From contig NC_042998.1 in the NCBI RefSeq assembly GCF_006345805.1, positions 152,086,001-152,150,000 of the forward strand: a DNA stretch of 64,000 nucleotides. Direction: 5' to 3'. Shown here piece by piece: positions 1 through 12,699 of this stretch. Made by a program: the position numbers and the translations under genes. The stretch comes from Octopus sinensis. Taxonomy: Eukaryota. The notes below the pieces were generated by a model that did not search any database, was not told the origin of the DNA, and saw nothing but the letters and a program-made list of their open reading frames with translations. Position 1 is the first letter of the stretch; every line of letters begins with the position of its first letter.

Positions 1-18
1 AGCAGCTGCATGTATATG

Positions 19-49
<31 letters not shown>

Positions 50-717
50 CTTGTGTGCGTGTATGGAGTGTGGGGGGTGCAATACGTCTGCTGTCTAAAC
101 CATGAAACATATCTTGGAAAGGATATTTATATACTTATCACTTAAAGAATTCTCCCGAAAACTCTTCCCTGAATTGACAAGAGAGAAATCTAGTAGTCTC
201 CGTGAACAAGTAGGGTATCACCTGCTGTCTGGTGGGTAACTTTGGAAGGATACATTTACCACCACAGGTAAGTATCAAGAAACATGGCATACAATAATTA
301 TAATTCAACTTCTATCAAATTTTTTGGTGTGTATATCAAATAGTAACATGAATACTAATAGTCAATAGAAAATATATTTTTCACCTTAAAATAAAATTAA
401 ACGAAACAAATTTCTCGTTTTGCATATTTAGAATAAATATGTTATTTTTCTCAATTTTATCAAAATAATTAATTCAACTTCAAAAAAATTTCCGTGCAGA
501 GTTTTATTAAAAAATTAGAATTATTAGAAAGTTATAAAACACTCATTCTGCCCCTCTTATTTGAATTCTCTCTCTTTCTTTCTCTCTTTCTCTCACTTTC
601 TCTCTTTCTCTCACTTTCTCTCCCCCTCCCTCTCTCTTTCTCTCTTACTATTCTCCCTCTCTTTATATATTACGCAAAATGTGACTGGAGAAAACAACCA
701 ACCGACATGTATACAGA

Positions 718-925
718 TGATAATCGAGATTTCTGATTTAGGCACAAGGCCAACGACTTTAAGAGGAGAGCATAAGTGGGTTAAATCGACCTCTAGTACT
801 TGACTGGTTATTGATCCCGAAAGAATCAGAGGCATTGTCGACCTCGGCATGATTTGAAAGCCGTACGTGAGGAGCAAGAAGAAATATTGCATCACATTTT
901 GTCCGACGCAAACCAAGCTAAATTA
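718..925 (-). mobile_element. Degenerate tRNA-derived SINE (family B, same as 28607-28823)
   Basis: Reverse complement aligns by eye to the 28607-28823 copy (AAATCGAC...GTCGACCTCGGC...TTTGAA; 3' end GGCCTTGTGCCTAAATCAGAAATC). Confidence 0.6.
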
Positions 926-1789
926 ACTACCATAACGTCTCAAAGTTCACTCTCTTAACCGGCAAGAAACACGATTGTAATAAATTTCTGTATTAATTGA
1001 GCTATCTAAGTATTTTGTTACATATCTACAACTTTTTCAGTGACTTCCCTGAACCTCATTAATTTGGTAACGTTTAGTTCTTATAAGCGGGTGGGGAGAC
1101 TGTGTATGCATATGTATGTATATATGCATGTATGTGAATGCATATATGTATGCGTATATATGTGTATATGAATGAATGTAGGCATGTATATTTATGTATA
1201 TGTTTTTCTTTGGGTTTAAGTTCTTAAGAGAATCTAAGTCGGTCGTTAACAAAGCAACAACACGTTTTGAATTGAAAGAGTTCTCAGTGTTTATAAATAT
1301 GCGGTCGAGTTGGTATGTTGGTTAAACTGTCTATGCCCACACCCAACTGTGTGTATCTATACATCCAAAGAATTTTAGATGGAGAATCTTTGGAATATCT
1401 TACAAATCGTCATTGGCTGCCAATAGATTGGATTTGGAGAATGTGCCTTAGTTTCTTTTGTTCTTTTTTCGAAAAACTAGAATTTCTAGGTTTTGTGTAA
1501 ATATGAAGGTACATGATTTATGCAATTTTGATGATAGGTACAAATGAAAATTTATGTATGTATGTATATATGTATTGGTGGAAGCACATATGTTTAAGCT
1601 GTGATAATGATGGTTACCATAGAGACGGGTGATTGTAGCACTATTACCTGGAGATGGAGGCGTGTAGTAGTGGAGGTGTTAGTAGTGGTATTGTTGGTAG
1701 TGGCAGAGGTGGATGTTGTTTTGGGGGATGTAAGTAATGGCGACTATGTATTGGTGGTGGTTGTAGTTGTGTATAAGAAGTGGTAGTGC

Positions 1790-1879
1790 TGGTCGTGTTT
1801 GTTGCTGTGTTTTTTGTGGTGGTGGTTGTGGTTGTGGTTGTGGTTGTGGTGGTGGTGGTGGTGGTGGTGGTGGTGGTGG

Positions 1880-1946
<67 letters not shown>

Positions 1947-1997
1947 GGTGGTGGTGGTGGTGGTGGTGGTGGTGGTGGTGGTGGTGGTGGTGGTGGG
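1790..1997. repeat. Compound trinucleotide microsatellite (GTG)n(TTG)n(GTG)n
   Basis: Directly visible; source of the poly-H/Q/V/W ORFs. Confidence 0.95.
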
Positions 1998-2282
1998 GTT
2001 GTGCTGTAAATTTAATAGTTAGAGTAAGGATTTCCAAATAAATCCGAAACAGAACGACAAACTGCCGCTCAGACATACAGGCAAGCAGGCGGACAGACTG
2101 GCAGATTATACAACGGCGTTCAATTACCGTATTGGTTGCCTGGCAACAATCACATTCGAAACTTCACACTTCCACATTATATACACATACATTAACAACA
2201 TGCACACAAGCACACAAATACATTAATTGGCGCACATGCTCATATCATTGCACAAATTCTCGAAGGAACACGCAGGCACATT

Positions 2283-2314
<32 letters not shown>

Positions 2315-2592
2315 TACACGCAAGTATACAAATACACACGCGCACACACACACACACACACATACGTATGTACGTATGCGTATATATGTATGCACATTAT
2401 ATATATGTATATATATATATATATATATGGGTGTGTGTGATTGTGTATAGAAGAATATATTAATAAAAAGAATTCCAACCTTGTCTGATTTTCACGTTTT
2501 ATTTACAATCTTATAATGATATATTATAAGATAATATATTATAATTGAATAAAATAAAATGAAATAGTAGAATGTTAAATATTCATTCTGAT

Positions 2593-2637
2593 TGAACTAG
2601 TACTTTCATGCATTGAATTCTGCAATCTTCGGGTTCA
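2593..2637 (-). ncRNA. Minimal type I hammerhead ribozyme (mirror of 7706-7750)
   Basis: Exact reverse complement of the 7706-7750 motif. Confidence 0.7.
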
Positions 2638-3137
2638 TGTAGTAGTGTTGACAGTCATGCTTCACAATTTTTGACTGTAGCAAGATGATTGATTCTGTGC
2701 TATAAATACAGCTGGGTAGGCTCCAGAGTGCTAGGTTTTGCAAACTGTATTCTGACCAATCAGTGTGTAGTATCACTCAATTACTTAAGCTGATTGGTTG
2801 GTTGAGCTGATTGGTTTAGGCGTCACGCTTTGTTGGACATGTCAAGAGTCCTGTATCTTGACCCTGGCCGAAGCAGCAATTGTTGGGTTATTTTTAGAAA
2901 TGTTGTAAATATCCTTTGTCAGAGATTTTTATATTTTTATATTTCAATTGTCATCATCATCATTGTCAGCACCTTAATTATTGTTGCTAGTGGTGATGGT
3001 TATGGCAATAGAACTTTTAACCCTAAATAAGATAATTTTCCTGCTATCTTCGTCTTGATCACCTTTAGTATTGTTGTTGTTGTTAGTGGTCATGGTCGTA
3101 GCAGTGGAAGTAATACCTCTAAGTATTATTATTATTA

Positions 3138-5157
3138 TTATTGCTTATTTAGCTTGGGTTCGAATTTATCAATAAAATTCTTTTCTCTGATTTTCCTCTC
3201 GATTTCACTTGGGCTGTGTAATTTGCAGAATGGAAATATTATATATATTTTCCGACCACATGTTGCTAGGTGGTTACTCAAAGGTATCTGACGGACCTCT
3301 GGGTCTCTAATCTGTTGCCGGTGTACACGTGAGCGTTCTAATAGTGCGTTTCCCGTCTGACCTACATATATTTCTTCACAATTTGGGCATTTGATGCAGT
3401 AAATTAAATTTCTGCTTTTGCAGTTCATATTCGCGTTTGTGAATATTTTCCCGGTTTTTGTGTTTATATATTGACCGGTATGTATGAATTGGCATGTGCC
3501 ACATCGGCTATCATTGCATTTAGATACCGTGAATGTTTGGTCTTTGTTGCTGAGGTCAAATTTTGCCTTTGTTAGTAATGTTTTCAAGTTTTTAGGCTGT
3601 CTTTTACTAAGCACCATAGCTCGATCCGTGATTATGTCTTTTAATTCATTACTTTGGGCAATGATTGGTAGGTTTGCTTTGGCAATGTTGAAGATATTCT
3701 GGTGACATGGGTTGTGTGTCACTATGAATGGTATGACTTGTTCTTGTTTTCCTCTTCCTTGGGTTGTCCTAAGTTGTTGTATAGGTATTTTTATAGCCCG
3801 CTGTATGCCATTTTCTATAAGTAGAGATGGGTATTTTTGTTTGAGCAAAAATTCTCTTAGTTCTATTAGGCGTTTGTTCCTGATATTTGCATCTTCTACA
3901 ATAGTACAAATTCTTCTGGCTAGGCAGTATGGGATGTTACGTTTTGTATGTGGTGGATGGCACGACTTAAAATTTAGGTATTGATGTGTGTCTGTGTGTT
4001 TATAGTATATATCTGTGGTGATGGTGGTGTCTTTTTTAATTACCATTATATCCAGGAATGGTAATTTGGTACTACTCATCTCCTTTGTAAATTGGAGAGA
4101 TGGGTGTAGGTTGTTCAGGAGGATATTGAACTCTTCCAGAGTATTTAGAGATTCTGTCCAGATTATGAAACAGTCGTCTAGGTATCTCTTCCATGCCTTT
4201 TCAATATACTTTCTAAACCCAGTGCCATAGTTTACCTCCACCTCTTGGTAGAGTTGTTCTTCTAAGTATCCCATTACAGAGTTGGCGTAAACGGGAGCAA
4301 ACCTCGTTCCCATCGCCGTGCCTCTAATTTGGATGTAATTCTTTCCATTGAAGAAGAATGTGTTATTTTCTAGAATAAGCTTGACTGTGTCTAATATAAA
4401 AGGCACTGTGAATCTGCTGGGAATCACTTCTCTATGTTTTTCTAACCAGTATTTAATCGCCTTTATTCCTAAATCGTGTGGAATATTGGTGTAGAGGCTT
4501 ACCACATCAAAACTTAGTAAAACTGAATTTGTTTCTGTTGTTTTGGGAAGATGGGACAGGAAGTCGATGTCATCCCTGATGAAACTTGGTATGTAAGTAC
4601 ATAGTGGTTTCAAAACAATGTCAATAAAATTGCTTAGACGGTGTGTAGGGCATGCTGGACCAGCTATAATAGGTCTAAGTTTTAGGTCTTTTGGATGTAA
4701 TAATTTTATGTACTCACTTTCTTGTTCTTTTACTGCCTGTTGAATGTTTTTTGATTTGTGTATTTTTGGTAAGCCGTAGAAGTTGCTGGGTTTTGGTTCA
4801 AAATTGGTGATGTAGTCTTTTCATTATCCGTAAGTGAGTTGTGGTGTGTTGAAATTAGGTTGTTGATCTTTTTCATGATGTGGTGGTCTATATTTGCGGG
4901 TATTTCACAATAGAAGGTTGTATCCTTCAGTTGGTCTTCAACCAAATCCTTATAGTATTCGGTATCCATAATAACAATTGCACCACCTTTATCTGCTTGT
5001 TTAATTATTATTGTTGATCGTTTTGTATACGTTTACATGCAGACATCTCTGATTTGCTAATGTTTGGCCTAACATTGGTATTGCGTCTAAGGGGAAATTT
5101 AGACAGGATATCAATGTATTGGTCAAGGTAGTTATTTCTTCCTTTTGGTGGGGTGAA
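3138..5157 (-). pseudogene. PLE RT + GIY-YIG polyprotein, 5'-truncated, two 1-nt frameshifts upstream of the 491-aa ORF (3138-4613)
   Basis: Motifs SFDVVSLYTNIP, GTAMGT, RYLDD, CNDSRCGTC and LIYCIKC...IYVGQTG. ORF 4730-4969 matches the right arm until the A-run deletion. Confidence 0.9.
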
Positions 5158-5294
5158 ATTTGATTCACCCCACCAAAATTTGATTCACCCCACCAAAAGG
5201 AAGAAATAACTACCTTGACCAATACATTGATATCCTGTCTAAATTTCCCCTTAGACGCAATACCAATGTTAGGCCAAACATTAGCAAATCAGAG

Positions 5295-7205
5295 ATGTCT
5301 GCATGTAAACGTATACAAAACGATCAAACAATAATAATTAAACAAGCAGATAAAGGTGGTGCAATTGTTATTATGGATACCGAATACTATAAGGATTTGG
5401 TTGAAGACCAACTGAAGGATACAACCTTCTATTGTGAAATACCCGCAAATATAGACCACCACATCATGAAAAAGATCAACAACCTAATTTCAACACACCA
5501 CAACTCACTTACGGATAATGAAAAAGACTACATCACCAATTTTGAACCAAAACCCAGCAACTTCTACGGCTTACCAAAAATACACAAATCAAAAAACATT
5601 CAACAGGCAGTAAAAGAACAAGAAAGTGAGTACATAAAATTATTACATCCAAAAGACCTAAAACTTAGACCTATTATAGCTGGTCCAGCATGCCCTACAC
5701 ACCGTCTAAGCAATTTTATTGACATTGTTTTGAAACCACTATGTACTTACATACCAAGTTTCATCAGGGATGACATCGACTTCCTGTCCCATCTTCCCAA
5801 AACAACAGAAACAAATTCAGTTTTACTAAGTTTTGATGTGGTAAGCCTCTACACCAATATTCCACACGATTTAGGAATAAAGGCGATTAAATACTGGTTA
5901 GAAAAACATAGAGAAGTGATTCCCAGCAGATTCACAGTGCCTTTTATATTAGACACAGTCAAGCTTATTCTAGAAAATAACACATTCTTCTTCAATGGAA
6001 AGAATTACATCCAAATTAGAGGCACGGCGATGGGAACGAGGTTTGCTCCCGTTTACGCCAACTCTGTAATGGGATACTTAGAAGAACAACTCTACCAAGA
6101 GGTGGAGGTAAACTATGGCACTGGGTTTAGAAAGTATATTGAAAAGGCATGGAAGAGATACCTAGACGACTGTTTCATAATCTGGACAGAATCTCTAAAT
6201 ACTCTGGAAGAGTTCAATATCCTCCTGAACAACCTACACCCATCTCTCCAATTTACAAAGGAGATGAGTAGTACCAAATTACCATTCCTGGATATAATGG
6301 TAATTAAAAAAGACACCACCATCACCACAGATATATACTATAAACACACAGACACACATCAATACCTAAATTTTAAGTCGTGCCATCCACCACATACAAA
6401 ACGTAACATCCCATACTGCCTAGCCAGAAGAATTTGTACTATTGTAGAAGATGCAAATATCAGGAACAAACGCCTAATAGAACTAAGAGAATTTTTGCTC
6501 AAACAAAAATACCCATCTCTACTTATAGAAAATGGCATACAGCGGGCTATAAAAATACCTATACAACAACTTAGGACAACCCAAGGAAGAGGAAAACAAG
6601 AACAAGTCATACCATTCATAGTGACACACAACCCATGTCACCAGAATATCTTCAACATTGCCAAAGCAAACCTACCAATCATTGCCCAAAGTAATGAATT
6701 AAAAGACATAATCACGGATCGAGCTATGGTGCTTAGTAAAAGACAGCCTAAAAACTTGAAAACATTACTAACAAAGGCAAAATTTGACCTCAGCAACAAA
6801 GACCAAACATTCACGGTATCTAAATGCAATGATAGCCGATGTGGCACATGCCAATTCATACATACCGGTCAATATATAAACACAAAAACCGGGAAAATAT
6901 TCACAAACGCGAATATGAACTGCAAAAGCAGAAATTTAATTTACTGCATCAAATGCCCAAATTGTGAAGAAATATATGTAGGTCAGACGGGAAACGCACT
7001 ATTAGAACGCTCACGTGTACACCGGCAACAGATTAGAGACCCAGAGGTCCGTCAGATACCTTTGAGTAACCACCTAGCAACATGTGGTCGGAAAATATAT
7101 ATAATATTTCCATTCTGCAAATTACACAGCCCAAGTGAAATCGAGAGGAAAATCAGAGAAAAGAATTTTATTGATAAATTCGAACCCAAGCTAAATAAGC
7201 AATAA
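5295..7205 (+). CDS. PLE reverse transcriptase + GIY-YIG endonuclease (636 aa; N-terminus truncated at the palindrome centre)
   Basis: IKQADKG, FYGLPKIHK, LRPII, FDVVSLYTNIP, GTAMGTRFAP, YLDD, DTHQYLNFKSCHP, Cys linker CxxxxCxxC, GIY-YIG (LIYCIKCPNCEEIYVGQTG...ERSRVH), C-terminal FIDKFEPKLN. No internal stops. Confidence 0.93.
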   Translation: MSACKRIQNDQTIIIKQADKGGAIVIMDTEYYKDLVEDQLKDTTFYCEIPANIDHHIMKKINNLISTHHNSLTDNEKDYITNFEPKPSNFYGLPKIHKSKNIQQAVKEQESEYIKLLHPKDLKLRPIIAGPACPTHRLSNFIDIVLKPLCTYIPSFIRDDIDFLSHLPKTTETNSVLLSFDVVSLYTNIPHDLGIKAIKYWLEKHREVIPSRFTVPFILDTVKLILENNTFFFNGKNYIQIRGTAMGTRFAPVYANSVMGYLEEQLYQEVEVNYGTGFRKYIEKAWKRYLDDCFIIWTESLNTLEEFNILLNNLHPSLQFTKEMSSTKLPFLDIMVIKKDTTITTDIYYKHTDTHQYLNFKSCHPPHTKRNIPYCLARRICTIVEDANIRNKRLIELREFLLKQKYPSLLIENGIQRAIKIPIQQLRTTQGRGKQEQVIPFIVTHNPCHQNIFNIAKANLPIIAQSNELKDIITDRAMVLSKRQPKNLKTLLTKAKFDLSNKDQTFTVSKCNDSRCGTCQFIHTGQYINTKTGKIFTNANMNCKSRNLIYCIKCPNCEEIYVGQTGNALLERSRVHRQQIRDPEVRQIPLSNHLATCGRKIYIIFPFCKLHSPSEIERKIREKNFIDKFEPKLNKQ

Positions 7206-7705
7206 TAATAATAATAATACTTAGAGGTATTACTTCCACTGCTACGACCATGACCACTAACAACAACAACAATACTAAAGGTGATCAAGACGAAGATAGC
7301 AGGAAAATTATCTTATTTAGGGTTAAAAGTTCTATTGCCATAACCATCACCACTAGCAACAATAATTAAGGTGCTGACAATGATGATGATGACAATTGAA
7401 ATATAAAAATATAAAAATCTCTGACAAAGGACATTTACAACATTTCTAAAAATAACCCAACAATTGCTGCTTCGGCCAGGGTCAAGATACAGGACTCTTG
7501 ACATGTCCAACAAAGCGTGACGCCTAAACCAATCAGCTCAACCAACCAATCAGCTTAAGTAATTGAGTGATACTACACACTGATTGGTCAGAATACAGTT
7601 TGCAAAACCTAGCACTCTGGAGCCTACCCAGCTGTATTTATAGCACAGAATCAATCATCTTGCTACAGTCAAAAATTGTGAAGCATGACTGTCAACACTA
7701 CTACA

Positions 7706-7750
7706 TGAACCCGAAGATTGCAGAATTCAATGCATGAAAGTACTAGTTCA
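7706..7750 (+). ncRNA. Minimal type I hammerhead ribozyme in PLE 3' UTR
   Basis: Stem I TGAAC/GTTCA; core CCGAAGA; stem II TGCA/TGCA with a T-T pair at its base; GAAA; palindromic stem III AGTACT; predicted cleavage after 7745. Matches the known PLE minimal hammerhead layout apart from the C4 variant. Confidence 0.7.
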
Positions 7751-7888
7751 ATCAGAATGAATATTTAACATTCTACTATTTCATTTTATTTTATTCAATT
7801 ATAATATATTATCTTATAATATATCATTATAAGATTGTAAATAAAACGTGAAAATCAGACAAGGTTGGAATTCTTTTTATTAATATAT

Positions 7889-8010
7889 ATATATATATAT
7901 GCATATATATATACCCATATATGTATGTATGTGTATATGCATATATATCTGCACACATATGTATGTATATATATATGTATATATATATATACAAATATTC
8001 ACATATATAC

Positions 8011-8063
<53 letters not shown>

Positions 8064-8324
8064 TGTGTGTATGTATATGCATGTGTATATGTATACACAA
8101 GCACATACGAGTATATGTATACTGCAATACTGCTAGACATACATTTGTATATGTTTGTGTGCTTGTGTGTATGTGTGAGTGTAAGTGTGTGTATGTGTTT
8201 GTATATGCGTGCACCTACACATAGGTCATAATCACATATTTACAAACACACATACACATACACATGCTCACACATTGCAGTTACTGACACAAACATGTAT
8301 GTCTGTATGTATGTGTTTGTGTAT

Positions 8325-8374
<50 letters not shown>

Positions 8375-8404
8375 GTATATATATATTTATGTAGGCATAT
8401 ATGC

Positions 8405-8445
<41 letters not shown>

Positions 8446-8460
8446 ATATATATATATATA

Positions 8461-8513
<53 letters not shown>

Positions 8514-8660
8514 GTATATGTATGTGTGTATATATATATATATTTATATATATAGAACACACACAAACATATTCACGGTAACACCTACACAAACACACAC
8601 ACGTACAAATACACGTACACACATACAAGAATACACTTGCACACACGTATACCAAAGTGT
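7889..8660. repeat. Compound (TA)n/(TG)n/(TATG)n microsatellite block
   Basis: Directly visible. Confidence 0.9.
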
Positions 8661-9904
8661 TAAGAATTGTCGGGAAATAGCCCTTTCCGATTCATTAAGT
8701 CAATTATAATTAATCATGTGGTGCAACACTTCAGACAATTTATTATTTTATTTTATATTTTCCTTTTTAAATATCTTTACAATTTTTGCTTTTTTTTATT
8801 TTCCGACGTTATATTTGTTTTATATATTTTTATAGTTGTGCTGTCTCTTCTTTTTTATTTATATCTGCTGCTTTTGGTATTTTTACTTTCATATTTTTAA
8901 ATTTTTTGTCCGTGTTAATTTTGTTTTGTTTTTGTTTTATTCTTTTTTGTTTCCTTCCTTTCTCTCACAAAATGTGAGCCTCTGTTGTATTGCTTAACGA
9001 GGGACGAAGTCGCGAAAGAGAAGACGAGGCGTGTGTGTGTGTATTTATCATCTATATCTATCTATCTCTCTACCTATCTATTTATCGATGTATTTATCTA
9101 TCAATACATCTGTGTGTGTTTATGTGTGTGAGTGTGTGTGTGTGTTTGTGTGTGTGTTTGTTTCTGTACAGAGAAAAGAAAGAAGGGAAAGGAGAGAAGC
9201 AAATCGATAGGAAGAAAGAGATTGGTATAGCGAAAGACAACGTGAGAGAGAGAGAGAGTGAGAGAGAGAAATTCAGCTTCAGTTTTAGTGAGTGTGAGAG
9301 GGAAAGAAAAAGTAAAGGATGGGAAGAGAGATGGGAAAAGAGAGAGAGACAATATGGTAGAGATGAGAAGAGTAAATGGGAAGAGGAGAGAAAGAGAATG
9401 GAGAGAAAGTGAAAGGGGAAAGTAGTGGTGAGAAGGAGAGCAGATTACAGAGGGAGGGAGAGTGTGTAAGTGTTAAGAGGAGAGATAAAGAGAAAAAACG
9501 GATGAGAAGCATGAGGAAAAGAGAGATAAAGAGATGAGAATGTAAATAGAGAGAGATAGGGAAAGGGAGAGGGAGTAAAGTAGGGTTTTTATGTAGAAGA
9601 TATAAAGGAAAAGAGGAACAAGTGTAACAAACAAAAGGAAGGATAAAGCACGAGGAAGAGAGATCGACAGAAAGAGAAGGAAGAAGGAGAGAGAGGAATT
9701 GAGAATGCGAGACTAGAGGAAAGAAAGAAGAGAAAGAGAGCGAGAGAGATGAAGTAAAATCAAGATGTTTATTCCATCAGCATAGTTTTGGTAGTGGATT
9801 CTCCGTCACTGTCAACCTGATATTGAATTCCTACCACTGAAGTTAATAATTCACTACCCTTTTTTAATTGTCCTCTCTGTGTGTGCATATATATACATAT
9901 ATAT

Positions 9905-11830
9905 ATACCATAAGATAACCACTGACCCAATGAGAGGACCACCGACCAGACCGGTCTGCGGAGCCAATGTTGCCAACAACTACCGGATCTTCTACTTCCT
10001 CTCAATGGTCATACACCCTGTGATAAAAATGTCCCCAGATGTGTGTGACAGCATGGAGGACCTCCTCAACAGAATCAATGAGTGCAACCATGCCTACGAC
10101 CTGACGGGGTGCATAATAGGCAGTATGGACGTAGTATCCCTATACCCATCCATTAATGTGGATTTTGCTGTGGAGAAATGTGTGGGGTTGATCAGCAAGA
10201 GTGATGTGGAGTTTCGTGGCGTTGACACAGAAGAACTAGGCCTCCTCTTGAGACTGACACTCGACAATGATTACTTGACTTTAATTGTTTCTTCCCCACT
10301 AGATCGATAAGAGGTAGACCCCCTACTATAACTTCTATGGCAAAGAAGACCCCTAAAGAGAGATGGAACGAGTGGACCAGATTTATACGGACCCCCCGAA
10401 AACAATGATCAGGTTAAAAAGATGGTCACACGTGCGGTGGGTGCGAGTACCAAGACCACATTCAAAGGCCATATATTTAAGTTTAATAACAAGATATACG
10501 ACCAAGAGGAAGGTGCAGCCATTGGTGTCAGTATCGCTAGCGATGTGGCTAACCTCTTTATGGTAAGGTGGAATAGGAGATTTAACGAGAAATTAGAAGA
10601 AAACTCCATAAATCTAACCATCTACTCCAGCTATGTGGATGATATCAACATAGTAGCCAAAGCAGCTCTACAAGACAATGTCGATGATCGAGAAGCTGAC
10701 ACTATGGAGAGCATCCAGCAAATAGCTAACTCCATCCACCAGAGTATTGAAATAACGATAGACTACCCTAGTAAGCATACAAACCCGTTTTAGACACAAA
10801 CTCTGGCTAGGAACGAATAATGGTAAGGTCCAGATCCTTCACGCTCATCATGCCAAACCTATGGCCTCTAAGTACTTTGTTCTCAAGAACGCAACGATTG
10901 AGGACAACGCCAAGTTCAACATTCTTATAGCTGACTTGATGAGAGTGATGAGGAATGTGTCTCGCGCGTGCAACACTATGGAATTGGAAAGACACATACA
11001 ACACTTCATCCGCCGTATGCAGTTCTCAGGCTACAATCAAAGGGAGAGGATTAGAGTGTACAAAGGAACTAGGACTAAGTACTAAGCCATCATAGAGAGT
11101 GATGTTAAGTGGAACAGCCCGCAGTACAGAGAGGACCAGAAATAAGACAGATAAGGCCAACTCTTGGTACGACAAGAAATACCAGAGCGTCATGTTCGTC
11201 GATGCAACCTCTGGCGGCGAACTAGCATATCTTTTTAGAAAAACATTAAGTATGGCTAATCTATGGATTAAAGTAGTAGAGAGGCCTGGTGCCCCCATAA
11301 AATCCCTGATCTGTAGAACCTATCCCTTTTATAAGTCCCCATGTACGGGGAACAATTGTGTTGTATGTAGGATGAACCCACGGGCTAGCTGTAAGATTTG
11401 GAATGTAGTGTATAGCCTACGATTTACTGATGGATGGTGCAGAAACATGACAACTGCCTACATTGCAGAGACTGCACATAGCATAGAAGAACGTATAGGT
11501 GTACATTGGCATGAGCTCAGAGAAGAAAAAGACTCACCAGTGCTCTACCAACATGCTCAGGCAGAACATGGAAGTTCGATTGATAGCATAGAGGTTAAAG
11601 TATTATCAACGCATAAAATTGACGCAACACTTAGACACAAAGCTGTAGACAGACCGACCTTCGATAGAAAACACGAATGGAACAGTAACATCCACCACCA
11701 CACCACATAACTAAAGACAGAAGGGAGGAAAGATAATAGTAAATAGAACAGATACAGAGTAATACACACACAATAGACATTTATGCACACACACCAATGA
11801 TACATATAAGAAATAGAGATAGATAATATA
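9905..11830 (+). mobile_element. Degenerate Penelope-like element (distinct family), multiple frameshifts and stops
   Basis: Fragments GPPTRPVCGAN, IIGSMDVVSLYPSI, EGAAIG..ASDVANLFM, YSSYVDDI, MQFSGY, CxxxxCxxC linker, YIAETAHSIEERIGVH, HAQAEH. Confidence 0.85.
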
Positions 11831-11849
11831 AAATATATATATATATATA

Positions 11850-12140
11850 TGTTCCACCAATTGTCCCAGGTTCTCAGAGTGGATTTAGGTTGTAAGAGGC
11901 ATCACAGATCTTTAGTCTCAGACAGTTGCTGGGAAAGTGTGTAGAACGGATACTTCAACGTTAGCAATTTTTTGTTGAACAATCCAAAGCCTTTGATAGA
12001 GTTACTAGAAATGTACTGAGAATTTGAAGAAGTTGATACCCAGTTAAGTTTGTTGATTTGTTTGTTCAACAACACGCTGGTATGAAAGTTTGCTTCAATT
12101 TAAATGGTGTACAGTTTGGAACCAATTCCAGTTAACATAT
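11850..12140 (+). mobile_element. RTE-clade LINE reverse transcriptase fragment (degenerate)
   Basis: Frameshifted translation SQSGFR...SLRQLLGKCVE...KAFDRVTRN...YPVKFVDL...HAGMKVCFNLNG. Confidence 0.65.
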
Positions 12141-12144
12141 TCTA

Positions 12145-12300
12145 GTATCCCATGATGAATTTCCTAGTGCAAAATTTGAATTCAATTCAAGAAAATTCCT
12201 GCCGGAGATTAAAGCATTGGAGAATTTTGAACACGATTTATTAAACATTAAAAAGAAAGTTCGGTGTTCAAGAAATTTGTTTTCACCTTCCAAGACACTT
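12145..12300 (+). mobile_element. Short fragment resembling the N-terminal region of a PLE RT ORF
   Basis: KFEFNSRKFLPEIKALENFEHDLLNIKKKVR resembles the FGFKS..PP...L..FE.DL pattern of PLEs. Confidence 0.45.
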
Positions 12301-12699
12301 TTGTAAACCATTGTTATACATATCTGTGCTGGGAAGTGGTCAGTGCTAGTGTGTGCGTTGGTGTGGTGTGATGTGGTGTGGTGTGGTATGGTGGTGTGTG
12401 GTGGGGATGGTGGTGTGTGGTGGGGATGGTGGTGTGTGGTGCGGTGTTGTGGTGTTGGAGTGTAGGGGAGGCAAGACTGGGGAAGCATGGGTGGGGTGGG
12501 ATAGGATGTGTAGGGATGGTGAGGTTGGAATTTGTAGGTGTGGAGTAACGAGGGAGAGGTAACGATGAAGGGAGAAGGTGAGTAGGAGTGAAGAGAGGAA
12601 GTAGGTGTCAGAGCAAGAGAGGAGAGGTGGGTGGGAGGAGTAGGTGTGAGAGGAAGAGAGGAGAGAGGAAGAGGGGAGGAGAGTTGAGCCCATGTGGCG

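Larger units (their letters stand above)
2455..5157 (-). mobile_element. Penelope-like element, left (inverted) arm of a head-to-head dimer
   Basis: Reverse complement of 5184-7888. Translations over 3138-4613 are identical. Differences seen: 1-nt A-run deletions at ~4820 and ~5016 and one substitution (2911 vs 7432). Confidence 0.95.
5184..7888 (+). mobile_element. Penelope-like element (Penelope/Poseidon-type), right arm, 5'-truncated, ends at (TA)n
   Basis: Frame open from 5184 (FTPPKGRNNYLDQYI...) to the stop at 7205, ~680-bp 3' UTR with hammerhead motif, then (TA)n. Clade call is by motif resemblance only. Confidence 0.95.

Noticed and set aside
102-273. 45-codon ORF and a CAG/GTAAGT donor-like site
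   Set aside because: The ATG frame stops before the donor, there is no good acceptor, and no recognisable protein.
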